Below, piece after piece: positions 54,945 through 63,734 of a stretch of DNA of 64,000 bases (positions within the stretch are counted from its first letter, which is position 1; each line of letters opens with the position of its first letter). The notes below the pieces were generated by a model that made no database searches, was not told the origin of the DNA, and saw only the letters and a list, made by a program, of their open reading frames with translations. This DNA comes from Acidimicrobiales bacterium (GTDB lineage: Bacteria > Actinomycetota > Acidimicrobiia > Acidimicrobiales > UBA8190), in the NCBI GenBank assembly GCA_050011255.1, contig JBEKJK010000012.1:4007-68006 (forward strand). The letters run 5' to 3'. Made by a program: the position numbers and the translations under genes.

Positions 54945-55442
54945 TCAGGACCGGTGGAAGAAGTTGAAACGGGATGTCACGACCGGCTCCCCGGTGGTGT
55001 CGTCCTTCCACACTGTCTCGGTGACGACGAACGTCATCGTTCTCCCCTTCGACTCCTTGGTGTAGGTGTCGATGATGATGCTCTCGCCGGTGAGGACGTC
55101 ACCCACCACCACAGGCCTGTGGTACTCGAACTCCTGTTCCCCGTGGAGGATGATGCCTCCTTCTTGCATCAATGGTCCGAGCAGTTGGTCGAGGGGGTTG
55201 CCCGAGGGGAGATCCGCAGGCTGTTGTTCGGGGAAGTGGCCCCAGTTGCTCATGGCGAAAGGAAAGGTGGGTGGCACCGGGATCGCGTCGAAACCTGCTT
55301 CCCTCGCAGCCTCGAGGTCGCGGTAGACGGGGTCGGAGTCGCACACGGCTGCGGCGAAGTTCGACACAGGTCCTCGCTCTATGACCACCTTCGACTTGGT
55401 AACCGACCTTCCGATGACGTTCGTAGCGGCTGCATCGGGCAT
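54945..55442 (-). CDS. MaoC-dehydratase N-terminal-type hot-dog protein (HadA-like partner)
   Basis: GPVSNFAAAVCDSDPVYRDLEAAREAGFDAIPVPPTFPF. Its stop lies 1 nt from the start of the MaoC gene. Confidence 0.8.
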   Translation of the reverse strand: MPDAAATNVIGRSVTKSKVVIERGPVSNFAAAVCDSDPVYRDLEAAREAGFDAIPVPPTFPFAMSNWGHFPEQQPADLPSGNPLDQLLGPLMQEGGIILHGEQEFEYHRPVVVGDVLTGESIIIDTYTKESKGRTMTFVVTETVWKDDTTGEPVVTSRFNFFHRS

Positions 55443-55701
55443 CGTCCCTCCCCCCCTTGCCTGTCGGGCCTATCAGGCCCCACAGGCTGGGTAAATCCTG
55501 AGGCGAAACGGTAGCGTCTTTTAGGGCCTTTGGTCCCTAGCAGGCGGGGCGCACCGTGTGGCAGAAATGATCGGGGTGTCCATCTGCCGGCCCGTTCCCC
55601 CGGCAGAGAGACACAGCGACTGAGGGTCCCCCACCCACCCTCATGTCCGAACCGGGGAGCCGCCCGGTTACGCGAGTACGCGTGACCGGGCCGAGCCCCG
55701 G

Positions 55702-56328
55702 TCACGCTTCTCGAGAATCGATGTCCTCGAGCAGCGCGTCCACCAAGGCCCTGAAGGCTCGGCCACGCTGAGAGATCGCGTGCTTCTCCTGCGGCTGCAT
55801 CTCGGCGAAGGTCCGCTCCTGGCCTGCCGGCACGAACACCGGGTCGTATCCGAAGCCGCCGACGCCCTGCCGCTCGAAGACGATCGTTCCCTCCACGAGC
55901 CCGTCAGCGAACACCTCGTGTCCGTCGGGGAAGCAGGCGACGGTGACCGTGCGAAACCGCGCGCGGCGCTCGTGCGCGGTGGTGGCGTCGGCTGCCTCCA
56001 GCTCCGCGAGCAGCTTGGTCACGTTCTCGTCGTAGCGACCCGCAATTCCCGCGTAGCGCGACGAGCGCACTCCCGGTTCTCCGCCCAGCGCGTCGACCTC
56101 CAGCCCGGTGTCGTCGGCCACAGCCGGCAGGCCGGTCAGCTCGACCAATGCCCTGGCCTTCAACCGTGCATTCTCCTCGAGCGTGTCGCCGGTCTCATCT
56201 ACTTCCGCTGTCCCTTCGGGACACGCAACGAGCTCCACACTCCCACCGGCAGCGGCCCTCACTATGTCGATGATCTCCGCCGCTTTGTCGCGGTTCGCGG
56301 TGGCCAGAACGAGTCGCAGACGGGGCAT
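55702..56328 (-). CDS. rdgB: Non-canonical purine NTP pyrophosphatase (RdgB/HAM1)
   Basis: RLVLATANRDKAAEI...ETGDTLEENARLKA...ADDTGLEVDALGGEPGVRSSRYAG...GGFGYDPVF...EKHAISQRGRA. The ATG at 56328 avoids overlap with rph. Confidence 0.9.
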   Translation of the reverse strand: MPRLRLVLATANRDKAAEIIDIVRAAAGGSVELVACPEGTAEVDETGDTLEENARLKARALVELTGLPAVADDTGLEVDALGGEPGVRSSRYAGIAGRYDENVTKLLAELEAADATTAHERRARFRTVTVACFPDGHEVFADGLVEGTIVFERQGVGGFGYDPVFVPAGQERTFAEMQPQEKHAISQRGRAFRALVDALLEDIDSREA

Positions 56329-56363
56329 CGGATCGTGACGGGACGAAGTGGAACCGCCGATGC

Positions 56364-57140
56364 TCACCTCGGACGTGGGGGCTCGGCGATCACGGTCCGC
56401 TGCGCGTCGAGCAGGGAGGAAATGCCCTTCTCGGCCAGCCCGAGCATCTCGTCGAGCTCGTTGTGACTGAAGGCCACCTTCTCCGCGGTGCCCTGCACCT
56501 CGATGAAACGCCCGCTGCCGGTCATCACCACGTTCATGTCCACCTCCGCCCTCGAGTCTTCGGAGTAGTCGAGGTCCAACATGCAGACTGCGTCGACGAC
56601 CCCCACAGACACTGCGGCACACGCGTCCCCGAGCGGATGAATGGATATGAGACCCTTCTGCATCTGACGGGTGAAGCAGTCGTGCAACGCCACATAGGCA
56701 CCACAGATGGAGGCTGTGCGCGTCCCCCCGTCGGCCTGCAGCACGTCACAATCCACGGTCACCTGCAGCTCGCCCATCGACACCAGATCGGTCACCGCGC
56801 GAAGCGACCTCCCGATCAGGCGTTGGATCTCCTGGGTCCGCCCCGACTGGCGACCCTTGGCCGCCTCGCGTCCGATGCGCTCGGCTGAGGAGCCCGGGAG
56901 CAACGAGTACTCGGCGGTGACCCAACCCCTCCCGCTGCCCCGCATCCAGGGAGGGACGCGCTCCTCTACCGAAGCGGTGCAGAGCACCATCGTCCTGCCC
57001 ATGCCGACCAGGACCGAACCGGCGGCGAGCTCGGTGAAGTCGCGCGTGAACATGACCTTGCGCAGCTCGTCGAGCATCCTGCCGTCGGGTCGCAGAACCC
57101 TGGGATCCGACGCGCCTGCACTGCTCACCGGTTCGCTCAC
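56364..57140 (-). CDS. rph: Ribonuclease PH
   Basis: [19 protein letters not shown]...[14 protein letters not shown]...[16 protein letters not shown]...[16 protein letters not shown]. Confidence 0.92.
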   Translation of the reverse strand: MSEPVSSAGASDPRVLRPDGRMLDELRKVMFTRDFTELAAGSVLVGMGRTMVLCTASVEERVPPWMRGSGRGWVTAEYSLLPGSSAERIGREAAKGRQSGRTQEIQRLIGRSLRAVTDLVSMGELQVTVDCDVLQADGGTRTASICGAYVALHDCFTRQMQKGLISIHPLGDACAAVSVGVVDAVCMLDLDYSEDSRAEVDMNVVMTGSGRFIEVQGTAEKVAFSHNELDEMLGLAEKGISSLLDAQRTVIAEPPRPR

Positions 57141-57248
57141 CTCGCGCTCACCCCGTTTCTGACAGCTGGGTCAACCACTAGCTCGCCTCCAGTGGATCGA
57201 CCACCACCTGGATCAAAGGTCCACCACCTGGATCGATCACCGTCTCGA

Positions 57249-58004
57249 TCAAAGCGAGTAACCACGGCCGACGGCGGCCTGCTCCACCGGACCACCAAAG
57301 GTCTCAACCGCTTCCGCGAGGACGTCCTCGGCGGCGATCGTGGGCCACCGGTGCGTGATCACGAGCCTACGAACCGACGCCGCTCTTGCCGATCTCCCCG
57401 CCTCACGTCCCGTCATGTGCCCTGCCGTCCCCTGGTAGTCACTCGTGTAGGTGGCCTCGCACAGAGCCAGGTCGAGCCCCGGGCCGAGAGCCTCGAGCGA
57501 CCACCCCGGCCCGGAATCGGCAGAGTACCCCAGGGCGCCCTCGTCTCCCTCGATGCGGACCGCGTGGGTGACCGGTGGATGGTCGGTGCGCGAGAACCTG
57601 ATCCTCAGGTCACCGACTCGAGCCCCCTCACCGTCGCCCACCTCACGCCAATCGAGGATCCCGTCTACCTCAGAGGCGAGCTTCGCTTCAATGCCCGGGG
57701 AGGCGAAGACCGGGATGGGATCGCGTCGAAACCCGAGCACCCACCGTCCCGCCGTCAGCAGGCTCTCGATGTCGCTGAAGTGGTCGGCGTGCTCATGGGT
57801 GAGGATGACCGCCGAAAGGCGCAGCGGGTCCAAGAACCGCTGCAGGTTCGCGAACGTCCCGGGGCCCGCGTCGACCCACAGCGCGGTGCCCGAGCCCCAC
57901 GAGCGCACGAGATACCCGCTTGCGGCGCCACTCGAGCCCTGCCCGCCCGCAAGTCCCGAGGGGCCCGGGTAGCTGCCGTCACAACCGAGCACAGTCAAGG
58001 TCAT
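57249..58004 (-). CDS. MBL-fold metallo-hydrolase (Rv1339-like position)
   Basis: MTLTVLGCDGSYPGP...LWVDAGPG...AVILTHEHADHFSD (HxHxDH). Start/stop overlap (TGATG) with the upstream Mur ligase. The track ORF's N-terminal 179 aa are overlap artefact. Confidence 0.85.
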   Translation of the reverse strand: MTLTVLGCDGSYPGPSGLAGGQGSSGAASGYLVRSWGSGTALWVDAGPGTFANLQRFLDPLRLSAVILTHEHADHFSDIESLLTAGRWVLGFRRDPIPVFASPGIEAKLASEVDGILDWREVGDGEGARVGDLRIRFSRTDHPPVTHAVRIEGDEGALGYSADSGPGWSLEALGPGLDLALCEATYTSDYQGTAGHMTGREAGRSARAASVRRLVITHRWPTIAAEDVLAEAVETFGGPVEQAAVGRGYSL

Positions 58005-59398
58005 CACGGACGTGAAGCTCCGAGCTCTGACACCGCCTCGTTGAAAGCTGCCCCGCGCTGGACGTAGGTGCCCTCCACGCGAGGTGTCGGAGCTGCGGGC
58101 GAGAACAGCAACACCCCCTCCTCCCCGAGCAGCGTGCTCGCCTGGAGAACCGCTTCGTGCACGGTCGGCGCCCGAACGCAGGTGACCTCGGGCCCCGACG
58201 AGGCGAGCTCGACGCGCAAGCGCTCGCCGAGGTCCGGAAGGCATACGACGACAGGTCGCGGTCGCATGCCGTTGATCGCTCCCAACAGTGGGCCTAGATC
58301 GACCCCGCGGTCCTGGCCCCCGGCGATCAGGCAGACTCGTCGTCGCGCGAAAGTGCGAAGCGCCGCGATGGTGCCTGCAGGGTTGCTCGCCAGCGCGTCG
58401 TTCACGAACTCGATCCCCCCGCGGGTTCCCACCGTCTGGAGCCGGTGCGGCAGGACCGGCATTTTCTCGAACGCCTGCCCGAGCGACTCGGGGGAGGGAA
58501 GGTGGCCTTCCTCGAGCAAGCACGCGGTGAGTGCCCCGCACAGGTTCACCTGGTTGTGCTCGCCGCGAAGCCTCAGCGCCGAGGCGTGGAGGTCCAGCAG
58601 GTGCTCGCCGTCGAGCATCACCTCCCCGGAGCGGACCGTGACGCGCCCCTCACCGCCGTAAAGGACTCGTCGCGCGTATCGGGCTGTCCCGGCGATCGCG
58701 TCGGGGCTCGACGAGCTCACCGCAAGAGCGACGTCCGTGCGATGGTCGAAGAGGTTCAGCTTGTCGCGCACGTACCGGTCGTAGCTCCCGTGCCAGTCGA
58801 GATGATCGGGCGCCAGAAGGGTCAGAACACCCACCATCGGTGAGACCTTCACGTCGGCACCCTGGAAGCTCGAGATCTCCACGACGTAGACGTCGCTCGG
58901 TTCCTCGCCGTACAGCTCGGTGAGCGGCGTGCCCATGTTCCCCCCGAGCCGTACCCGAAGGCCGCATGCCTCCAGCAAGATCGCGGTCAGCCACGCCGTC
59001 GTGGTCTTCCCCTTCGTCCCCGTCACGCCGATCACGCGACTGTCCGAGAAGTCCTCCAACCACATAGCGGTCGCCGACGTCAACGTAGACCCCGCTGCGA
59101 TGACCTTCTGCAGCTCGTCGCGGTAGACCGACACTCCCGGAGAGCGCACCACGCAGTCGAAGTGCTCTTCGCCCAGAACCGCCGGGTGGCGCAGAGGAAC
59201 GTCCACACCGTCCACCGGGACAGACCCTGCGTTCCGAGTGGCCCCGGGCTCCCCCACCCGGTCGTCGACGAAGACGATGTCCGCCCCGCGCTCGAGCGCA
59301 GCCCTTGCCACGTCGAGCCCCTCGACCCCGGTCCCCCAGACGGCAACGTGCGACGTGCGCAGCCGTTCCATGCCGGTGGCGGACGAAGGTCTGCTCAT
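58004..59398 (-). CDS. murD: MurD-family Mur ligase outside any dcw cluster; candidate MurD2 (UDP-MurNAc-L-Ala:L-Glu ligase)
   Basis: VAVWGTGVEGLDVARAALERGADIVFVDD, VIGVTGTKGKTTTAWL, VVEISSFQ, DHLDWHGS. Paired with a MurL-like gene 51 nt upstream. Confidence 0.7.
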   Translation of the reverse strand: MSRPSSATGMERLRTSHVAVWGTGVEGLDVARAALERGADIVFVDDRVGEPGATRNAGSVPVDGVDVPLRHPAVLGEEHFDCVVRSPGVSVYRDELQKVIAAGSTLTSATAMWLEDFSDSRVIGVTGTKGKTTTAWLTAILLEACGLRVRLGGNMGTPLTELYGEEPSDVYVVEISSFQGADVKVSPMVGVLTLLAPDHLDWHGSYDRYVRDKLNLFDHRTDVALAVSSSSPDAIAGTARYARRVLYGGEGRVTVRSGEVMLDGEHLLDLHASALRLRGEHNQVNLCGALTACLLEEGHLPSPESLGQAFEKMPVLPHRLQTVGTRGGIEFVNDALASNPAGTIAALRTFARRRVCLIAGGQDRGVDLGPLLGAINGMRPRPVVVCLPDLGERLRVELASSGPEVTCVRAPTVHEAVLQASTLLGEEGVLLFSPAAPTPRVEGTYVQRGAAFNEAVSELGASRP

Positions 59399-59449
59399 AC
59401 CACCACCATCTTCGTCGACCGGTTCACCCTGTCGCGCTCTCTCGTGTGC

Positions 59450-60910
59450 TCAAACGGGAGCCGCCTCGACCAAGGCGCGCCGGACCTCGGCGAAGACCTC
59501 GCCGGTCGAGACGCGAACGTGCCGACCGGGTGCCGGCAGCTCCTCGATTGCATGTCTCATCTGCTCTATCACGGCGGCGCCGGACCACGCCGGGTCTCCC
59601 AGCAGCTGGCGAAATGCCTGAGCGACCTCCTCCACGGTGCCTACGCACTCAAAAGGCTTACGTCGCGCGTCGAGCATGTCGAAGAAGCCCTCCGCCTGGG
59701 CTTCGTCGTCGAGCAGGTCCGCCCCGAAGATCGCCGTGACGTCTCGTCGCGCGAGCGCGGTGGCGAGAGCGAGGAACACGAACCGACACTTCGGACAAGC
59801 GAGACACCAGCCGTCCACTGGACCACAGACCCGAGAGGCCCGGTTGCAGCTCCTGAAAGCGGACAGGTAGGGGGTGAGCGTCGCAAACGCAGCAGTGATC
59901 TCGAGCTCGCTGAACATCCTGAGCGGCGACAGGAACCGGATCGACTCGTGGACCGACTCACGAAGGACCTGTTGCAACTGGGCCTCGAACTCCACCGACT
60001 TGCTCCACTGGTGATTGACGTCCACGCGGCTCATATCCGTCCCGTCCGACTCTTCGCCGAGCACCCTCGTGGGAGCGTCGGCCGAGCTCTCGAGCGCGAT
60101 CGCAGTCGTGTCATAGCCCCAGAGGTACCCACCGGCAACGGCCAAGAGGGAGACGATCGCCGTCACCGGCACGTGCCCGTTGAGAGCGCCTCGTTCGTTC
60201 AGGTCGAACAGAAGCGGGTCGAGGGTCCGCCGGATCCTCGCCAAGTCGAGCCCGGAGATGGACGCGATCCGTTCCACGGCCGGGTTCGGGTTCACCGAGA
60301 CCAGCAGTGGACGTAGGTCCTGCGGGTCTTTCGGGTCCTCCGGCTCGTCTTTCGGCCCCTTCGCCCCGTGCGGCTTTGCCCCATGCGGCTTTGGCCCGTG
60401 CGCCTTTGCCCCGCCCCGCTTGTTCAGGGCCTCGACCACGACGATCGAGTCCTTCCCACCGCCGATGGGAACGGCCACGCCCGGCTCGGGGGCCTCGGCG
60501 ACGGAGACCTCCGCGTCGCCCGACGCGGAGATCTCGAGGTCGATCGGCACGGCGAGTTCGTTTCGGTAGGCGAATTCGCGCATGCCCTTGTCATAGATAT
60601 CCCGACAGAGACGCATCTCGGCTCGGGTCAGCGCGCCGGTCTCCACCACTATGCGTCGCGGGGCAGCGGTCTTGTAGTAGCTGACACCAGCCACCAGATG
60701 AAGAAGGCGCGCCGCTTTTTCGAAACCGCGCTCCTTCCCCCGAGACAGAGTACGAACGGCGCCGCCGAAGTCGACGCGCTCCTCGAAGTGGTAGTCGTCG
60801 TCGAGGGCGTAACGAAGAGAGACGGTCGCGTTCGCTGGGTCGGCCTCGAAGCTGGTCATCCGGAACCGATCTACCTTGTCCGGACGAAAGGGCACTGTGT
60901 TTCGACTCAT
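59450..60910 (-). CDS. murL: PP-loop-like protein; candidate MurL (UDP-MurNAc-L-Ala-L-Glu epimerase)
   Basis: VAVPIGGGKDSIVVVEAL (SGGxDS-like PP-loop) and the Cys cluster CLACPKCRF. Upstream of and co-oriented with the MurD-like ligase. The ATG at 60910 lies just after the cysM stop. Family assignment is from gene context and memory, not a search. Confidence 0.55.
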   Translation of the reverse strand: MSRNTVPFRPDKVDRFRMTSFEADPANATVSLRYALDDDYHFEERVDFGGAVRTLSRGKERGFEKAARLLHLVAGVSYYKTAAPRRIVVETGALTRAEMRLCRDIYDKGMREFAYRNELAVPIDLEISASGDAEVSVAEAPEPGVAVPIGGGKDSIVVVEALNKRGGAKAHGPKPHGAKPHGAKGPKDEPEDPKDPQDLRPLLVSVNPNPAVERIASISGLDLARIRRTLDPLLFDLNERGALNGHVPVTAIVSLLAVAGGYLWGYDTTAIALESSADAPTRVLGEESDGTDMSRVDVNHQWSKSVEFEAQLQQVLRESVHESIRFLSPLRMFSELEITAAFATLTPYLSAFRSCNRASRVCGPVDGWCLACPKCRFVFLALATALARRDVTAIFGADLLDDEAQAEGFFDMLDARRKPFECVGTVEEVAQAFRQLLGDPAWSGAAVIEQMRHAIEELPAPGRHVRVSTGEVFAEVRRALVEAAPV

Positions 60911-60915
60911 CGAGC

Positions 60916-61863
60916 TCAGAAGTAGATCGTTCGTCGGGCGCGCTCGGTCACCACGTCGATGTCGTCGGTCCACGCCCCGGTGGACAGATACTTCCACCCC
61001 CCGTCGGCAGAGACCACGACGATGACGCCAGACGAGATCGCCCGGGCGCACTTGGCAGCTCCCGCCATGGCCGCCCCCGACGAGAGGCCAGCGAAGATGC
61101 CTGCCTCGGCCAGCCGGCGCGTCCACTCCACAGACGCGCGCGGCCCCACGATCGTCTTACGGTCGAGCAACTCGGCACCTCCGAGGTCGCTGAAGATCGG
61201 GGGAACGTACCCCTCGTCCAGACTGCGAAGTCCGTCGACCATCTCCCCCGCCGGGGGTTCCACCGCCCAGACCTCGACACGAGGATTGCGCTCCTTCAGG
61301 AAGCGCCCGACTCCGAGCAGAGTTCCCGAGGTCCCGAGCCCGGCGACGAGATGGGTCACCTCGGGGCAGTCCCGCCATATCTCAGGCCCCGTGCCTTCGT
61401 AGTGGGCCTTCGGATTGGCGTGGTTCGCGTACTGGTTGAGGAGCACCCACTCCGGGTGCTCGTTATGGAGCCGCTCGGCCATTCGCACAGCGCCGTTCGA
61501 GCCCTCGCCACCCGGGGACTCGATGATCTCGGCCCCCCACAGCTCCAGCGCCTGGCGACGCTCGACCGACACGTTCGAAGGAAGCACGACCCTCAAGTGG
61601 TACCCCTTCAACCTCGAGACGAGAGCCAGCCCTATCCCGGTGTTCCCTGAGGTGGGCTCGAGAAGCGCCGCCCCCGCGGTGAGCACACCCTCCTTCTCGG
61701 CCTCCTCCACCATCGACAGGGCGATCCGGTCCTTGACCGAACCCCCGGGGTTGTGCCCCTCGAGTTTCACCAGGATGCGAACCTCCCGGTTCGGGCTGAG
61801 CTGGCTCACATCCACCAGCGGGGTGTTGCCGATCAGCTCCAGCACACCCCCTACTAGAGCCAT
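60916..61863 (-). CDS. cysM: Cysteine synthase (CysM-type, CysO-dependent context)
   Basis: LIGNTPLV...KLEGHNPGGSVKDRIALSMV...PTSGNTGIGLA...GLGTSGTLLG. Confidence 0.9.
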   Translation of the reverse strand: MALVGGVLELIGNTPLVDVSQLSPNREVRILVKLEGHNPGGSVKDRIALSMVEEAEKEGVLTAGAALLEPTSGNTGIGLALVSRLKGYHLRVVLPSNVSVERRQALELWGAEIIESPGGEGSNGAVRMAERLHNEHPEWVLLNQYANHANPKAHYEGTGPEIWRDCPEVTHLVAGLGTSGTLLGVGRFLKERNPRVEVWAVEPPAGEMVDGLRSLDEGYVPPIFSDLGGAELLDRKTIVGPRASVEWTRRLAEAGIFAGLSSGAAMAGAAKCARAISSGVIVVVSADGGWKYLSTGAWTDDIDVVTERARRTIYF

Positions 61864-61909
61864 GGCCCAAGTCCTCGTCGCCCGAGCGGCCAGCGCGCCG
61901 TCAGCGAGA

Positions 61910-62185
61910 TCAACCCCCCGCCACCGCGGGAAGGATCGACACCGTGTCGCCCTCGGCGACCTTGGTGTCCAGCTTGTCCAGGTAACGGACGTCGTCGTCG
62001 TTCACGTAGACGTTCACAAAACGGTGCAAGGTCCCGTCGTCCGTGAGCAGCTGCCCGGCCATGGCGGGATAGCTGTGCGTCAAGTCGGCCAGCACCTCCC
62101 CGATCGTGGCACCCCTCGCCGAGACGATCGTCTGCCCGCCGGCGTGGGGACGAAGGACCGTTGGCAGGCGCACTTCGACTGGCAC
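61910..62185 (-). CDS. cysO: MoaD/ThiS-family sulfur carrier protein
   Basis: VPVEVRLPTVLRPHAGGQ...HRFVNVYVNDDDVRYL...GDTVSILPAVAGG (C-terminal GG). GTG at 62185 preceded by GGAGGAGG. Confidence 0.85.
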   Translation of the reverse strand: MPVEVRLPTVLRPHAGGQTIVSARGATIGEVLADLTHSYPAMAGQLLTDDGTLHRFVNVYVNDDDVRYLDKLDTKVAEGDTVSILPAVAGG

Positions 62186-62281
62186 GACCTCCTCCTTCCA
62201 TCCCTCTGCCACCGGCGCCTCGAGCAAGTGGGTCCTCACGGCGAACGGGACCGACGAATGTCGACGATTTCAGTCGGTATT

Positions 62282-62707
62282 CTACCGGGGCTCGTCGATC
62301 TCCACGACGGGCTCCTCGCTCACCTGCCCGTCCACGATGCGGTACGAGCGCAGCACGGGGCGGGGGTCGCGTAGCGAGACGAGCACGTAGTGCCACCGGG
62401 GGTCGCTCAGAGGTGTGCTCGCCCGCTCGACGTCGGTATTCGACGGGTAGGCGTCGGTGTGGGTGTGCGAATGGAAAACCCCGATGATCTCGAGCCCTAG
62501 CTTCTCGGCCTCCAGCTCGGCGTGAAGGTGCTCGCGAGGATCGACCGTGTAGAGCTTGGACGAGGCCGCCATGTTACGGGTGGGGAAGCAGCGCGAAACC
62601 TGACCTGCGGCGAAGTCCCCGGCAATGAGCCCGCACGCTTCGTCGGGTAGGCCACTCAGGCAGTGACCGAGGATCTGTGTACGGACCTGGGTGGGCAGTC
62701 TCAGCAC
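62282..62707 (-). CDS. mec: JAMM/MPN+ metalloprotease (Mec-type)
   Basis: EACGLIAG...GVFHSHTHTDAYPSNTD (HxHx7Sx2D JAMM motif). Confidence 0.88.
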   Translation of the reverse strand: MLRLPTQVRTQILGHCLSGLPDEACGLIAGDFAAGQVSRCFPTRNMAASSKLYTVDPREHLHAELEAEKLGLEIIGVFHSHTHTDAYPSNTDVERASTPLSDPRWHYVLVSLRDPRPVLRSYRIVDGQVSEEPVVEIDEPR

Positions 62708-62786
62708 GAACTCCCAGGGTATCGGGACGGTGCCCGCAGCTTCGACGCCTCTGCCACCCTCCCTTCGTCTCCGCTACCCTCCGCAC

Positions 62787-63341
62787 GTGGCCGCGGCCAA
62801 AGGACCAGGACGCAGGTCCAGACGATCCAAGCGAGAGACCGAGGACGGCCGCTATCGCACGGTCGCGCGCAACCGGCGCGCCCGGCACGACTACGACATT
62901 CTCGAGACGTTCGAGTGCGGCATCGCCCTTCAGGGAAGCGAGGTCAAGTCGCTCCGCGCGGGCCGAGTCACCCTCGCCGACTCCTACGCCCGGGTCGAGC
63001 AGGGCGAGGCGTGGCTCCTTGGTGTGCACGTTCCGCCTTACGAGAACGCATCCGGCTTCGGCGCCCACGACCCTGACCGGCGGCGGAAGTTGCTGTTGCA
63101 CCGGAGCCAGATCGACGAACTCCTCGGTCGCACCCAGCAGCAGTCGCTCACCCTGGTGCCGCTGTCCATCTACTTCAAGGACGGCCGCGCAAAGGTTGAG
63201 CTCGCTCTTGCACGAGGCCGGCGCCTCTACGACAAGCGCCATGCCATCGCCGCTCGCGACGCCGAGCGTGAGGCAGCACGTGAAGCCGCCCGGGCGACCG
63301 GCAGGGGCACTAGCCGTGGCAGCCGGAGGGAGCTCGAGTGA
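62787..63341 (+). CDS. smpB: SsrA-binding protein
   Basis: RTVARNRRARHDYDILETFECGIALQGSEVKSLR...RRKLLLHRSQIDEL...LVPLSIYFKDGRAKVELALARG. The GTG at 62787 avoids overlap with mec. Confidence 0.9.
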   Translation: MAAAKGPGRRSRRSKRETEDGRYRTVARNRRARHDYDILETFECGIALQGSEVKSLRAGRVTLADSYARVEQGEAWLLGVHVPPYENASGFGAHDPDRRRKLLLHRSQIDELLGRTQQQSLTLVPLSIYFKDGRAKVELALARGRRLYDKRHAIAARDAEREAAREAARATGRGTSRGSRRELE

Positions 63342-63383
63342 TCGCCATCGCCCCCGACCGGTAGAATGGGGTGTTGCCTACAA

Positions 63384-63734
63384 GGGGGTGATCGGTTTCG
63401 ACTCCGGTAGTCGATACGGGAGAAGCGAGCCGTGGTCCCCGGAGCCACGTTAAAGAGCCGGGACATAAAACAAACGCCGAGCCTCAGCTCGCGCTGGCTG
63501 CTTAATCAGTAGCCCGTCCGTCCGGCCCTAGTCCTAGGGGTCGGGTACGGGCGTCATCTACTGGGACTTACCCGAAGGGCGTCGTCGCCCAGCCCCCGGG
63601 GACAACGAAGGGTGACTGGGGCCCAGGACAGCCGCCGGCGGTGGTTCAGGACCCGAGACGAAACTGCCGGCTGCGCTCGGAGAAGGCCCGTTGAAACGCT
63701 GGAGGACGCGGGTTCGATTCCCGCCACCTCCACC
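63384..63734 (+). ncRNA. ssrA: tmRNA (ssrA)
   Basis: 5' GGGGGTGATCGGTTTCGAC. 3' GGACGCGGGTTCGATTCCCGCCACCTCCACCA, with a G3:U wobble in the acceptor stem. Tag frame ...gcc gag cct cag ctc gcg ctg gct gct taa encodes ...AEPQLALAA*. The exact resume codon was not determined. Confidence 0.9.

Noticed and set aside
57249-58541. Full 430-aa extent of the MBL ORF, and the similar long extensions of rdgB (to 56622) and the MurL-like ORF (to 61126).
   Set aside because: The upstream parts overlap well-supported neighbouring genes and are Arg-rich. Internal ATGs placed right at the neighbour's stop give normal-length proteins.
59162-60316. 384-aa plus-strand ORF.
   Set aside because: It is antisense to the Mur ligase and MurL-like genes and has no motifs.
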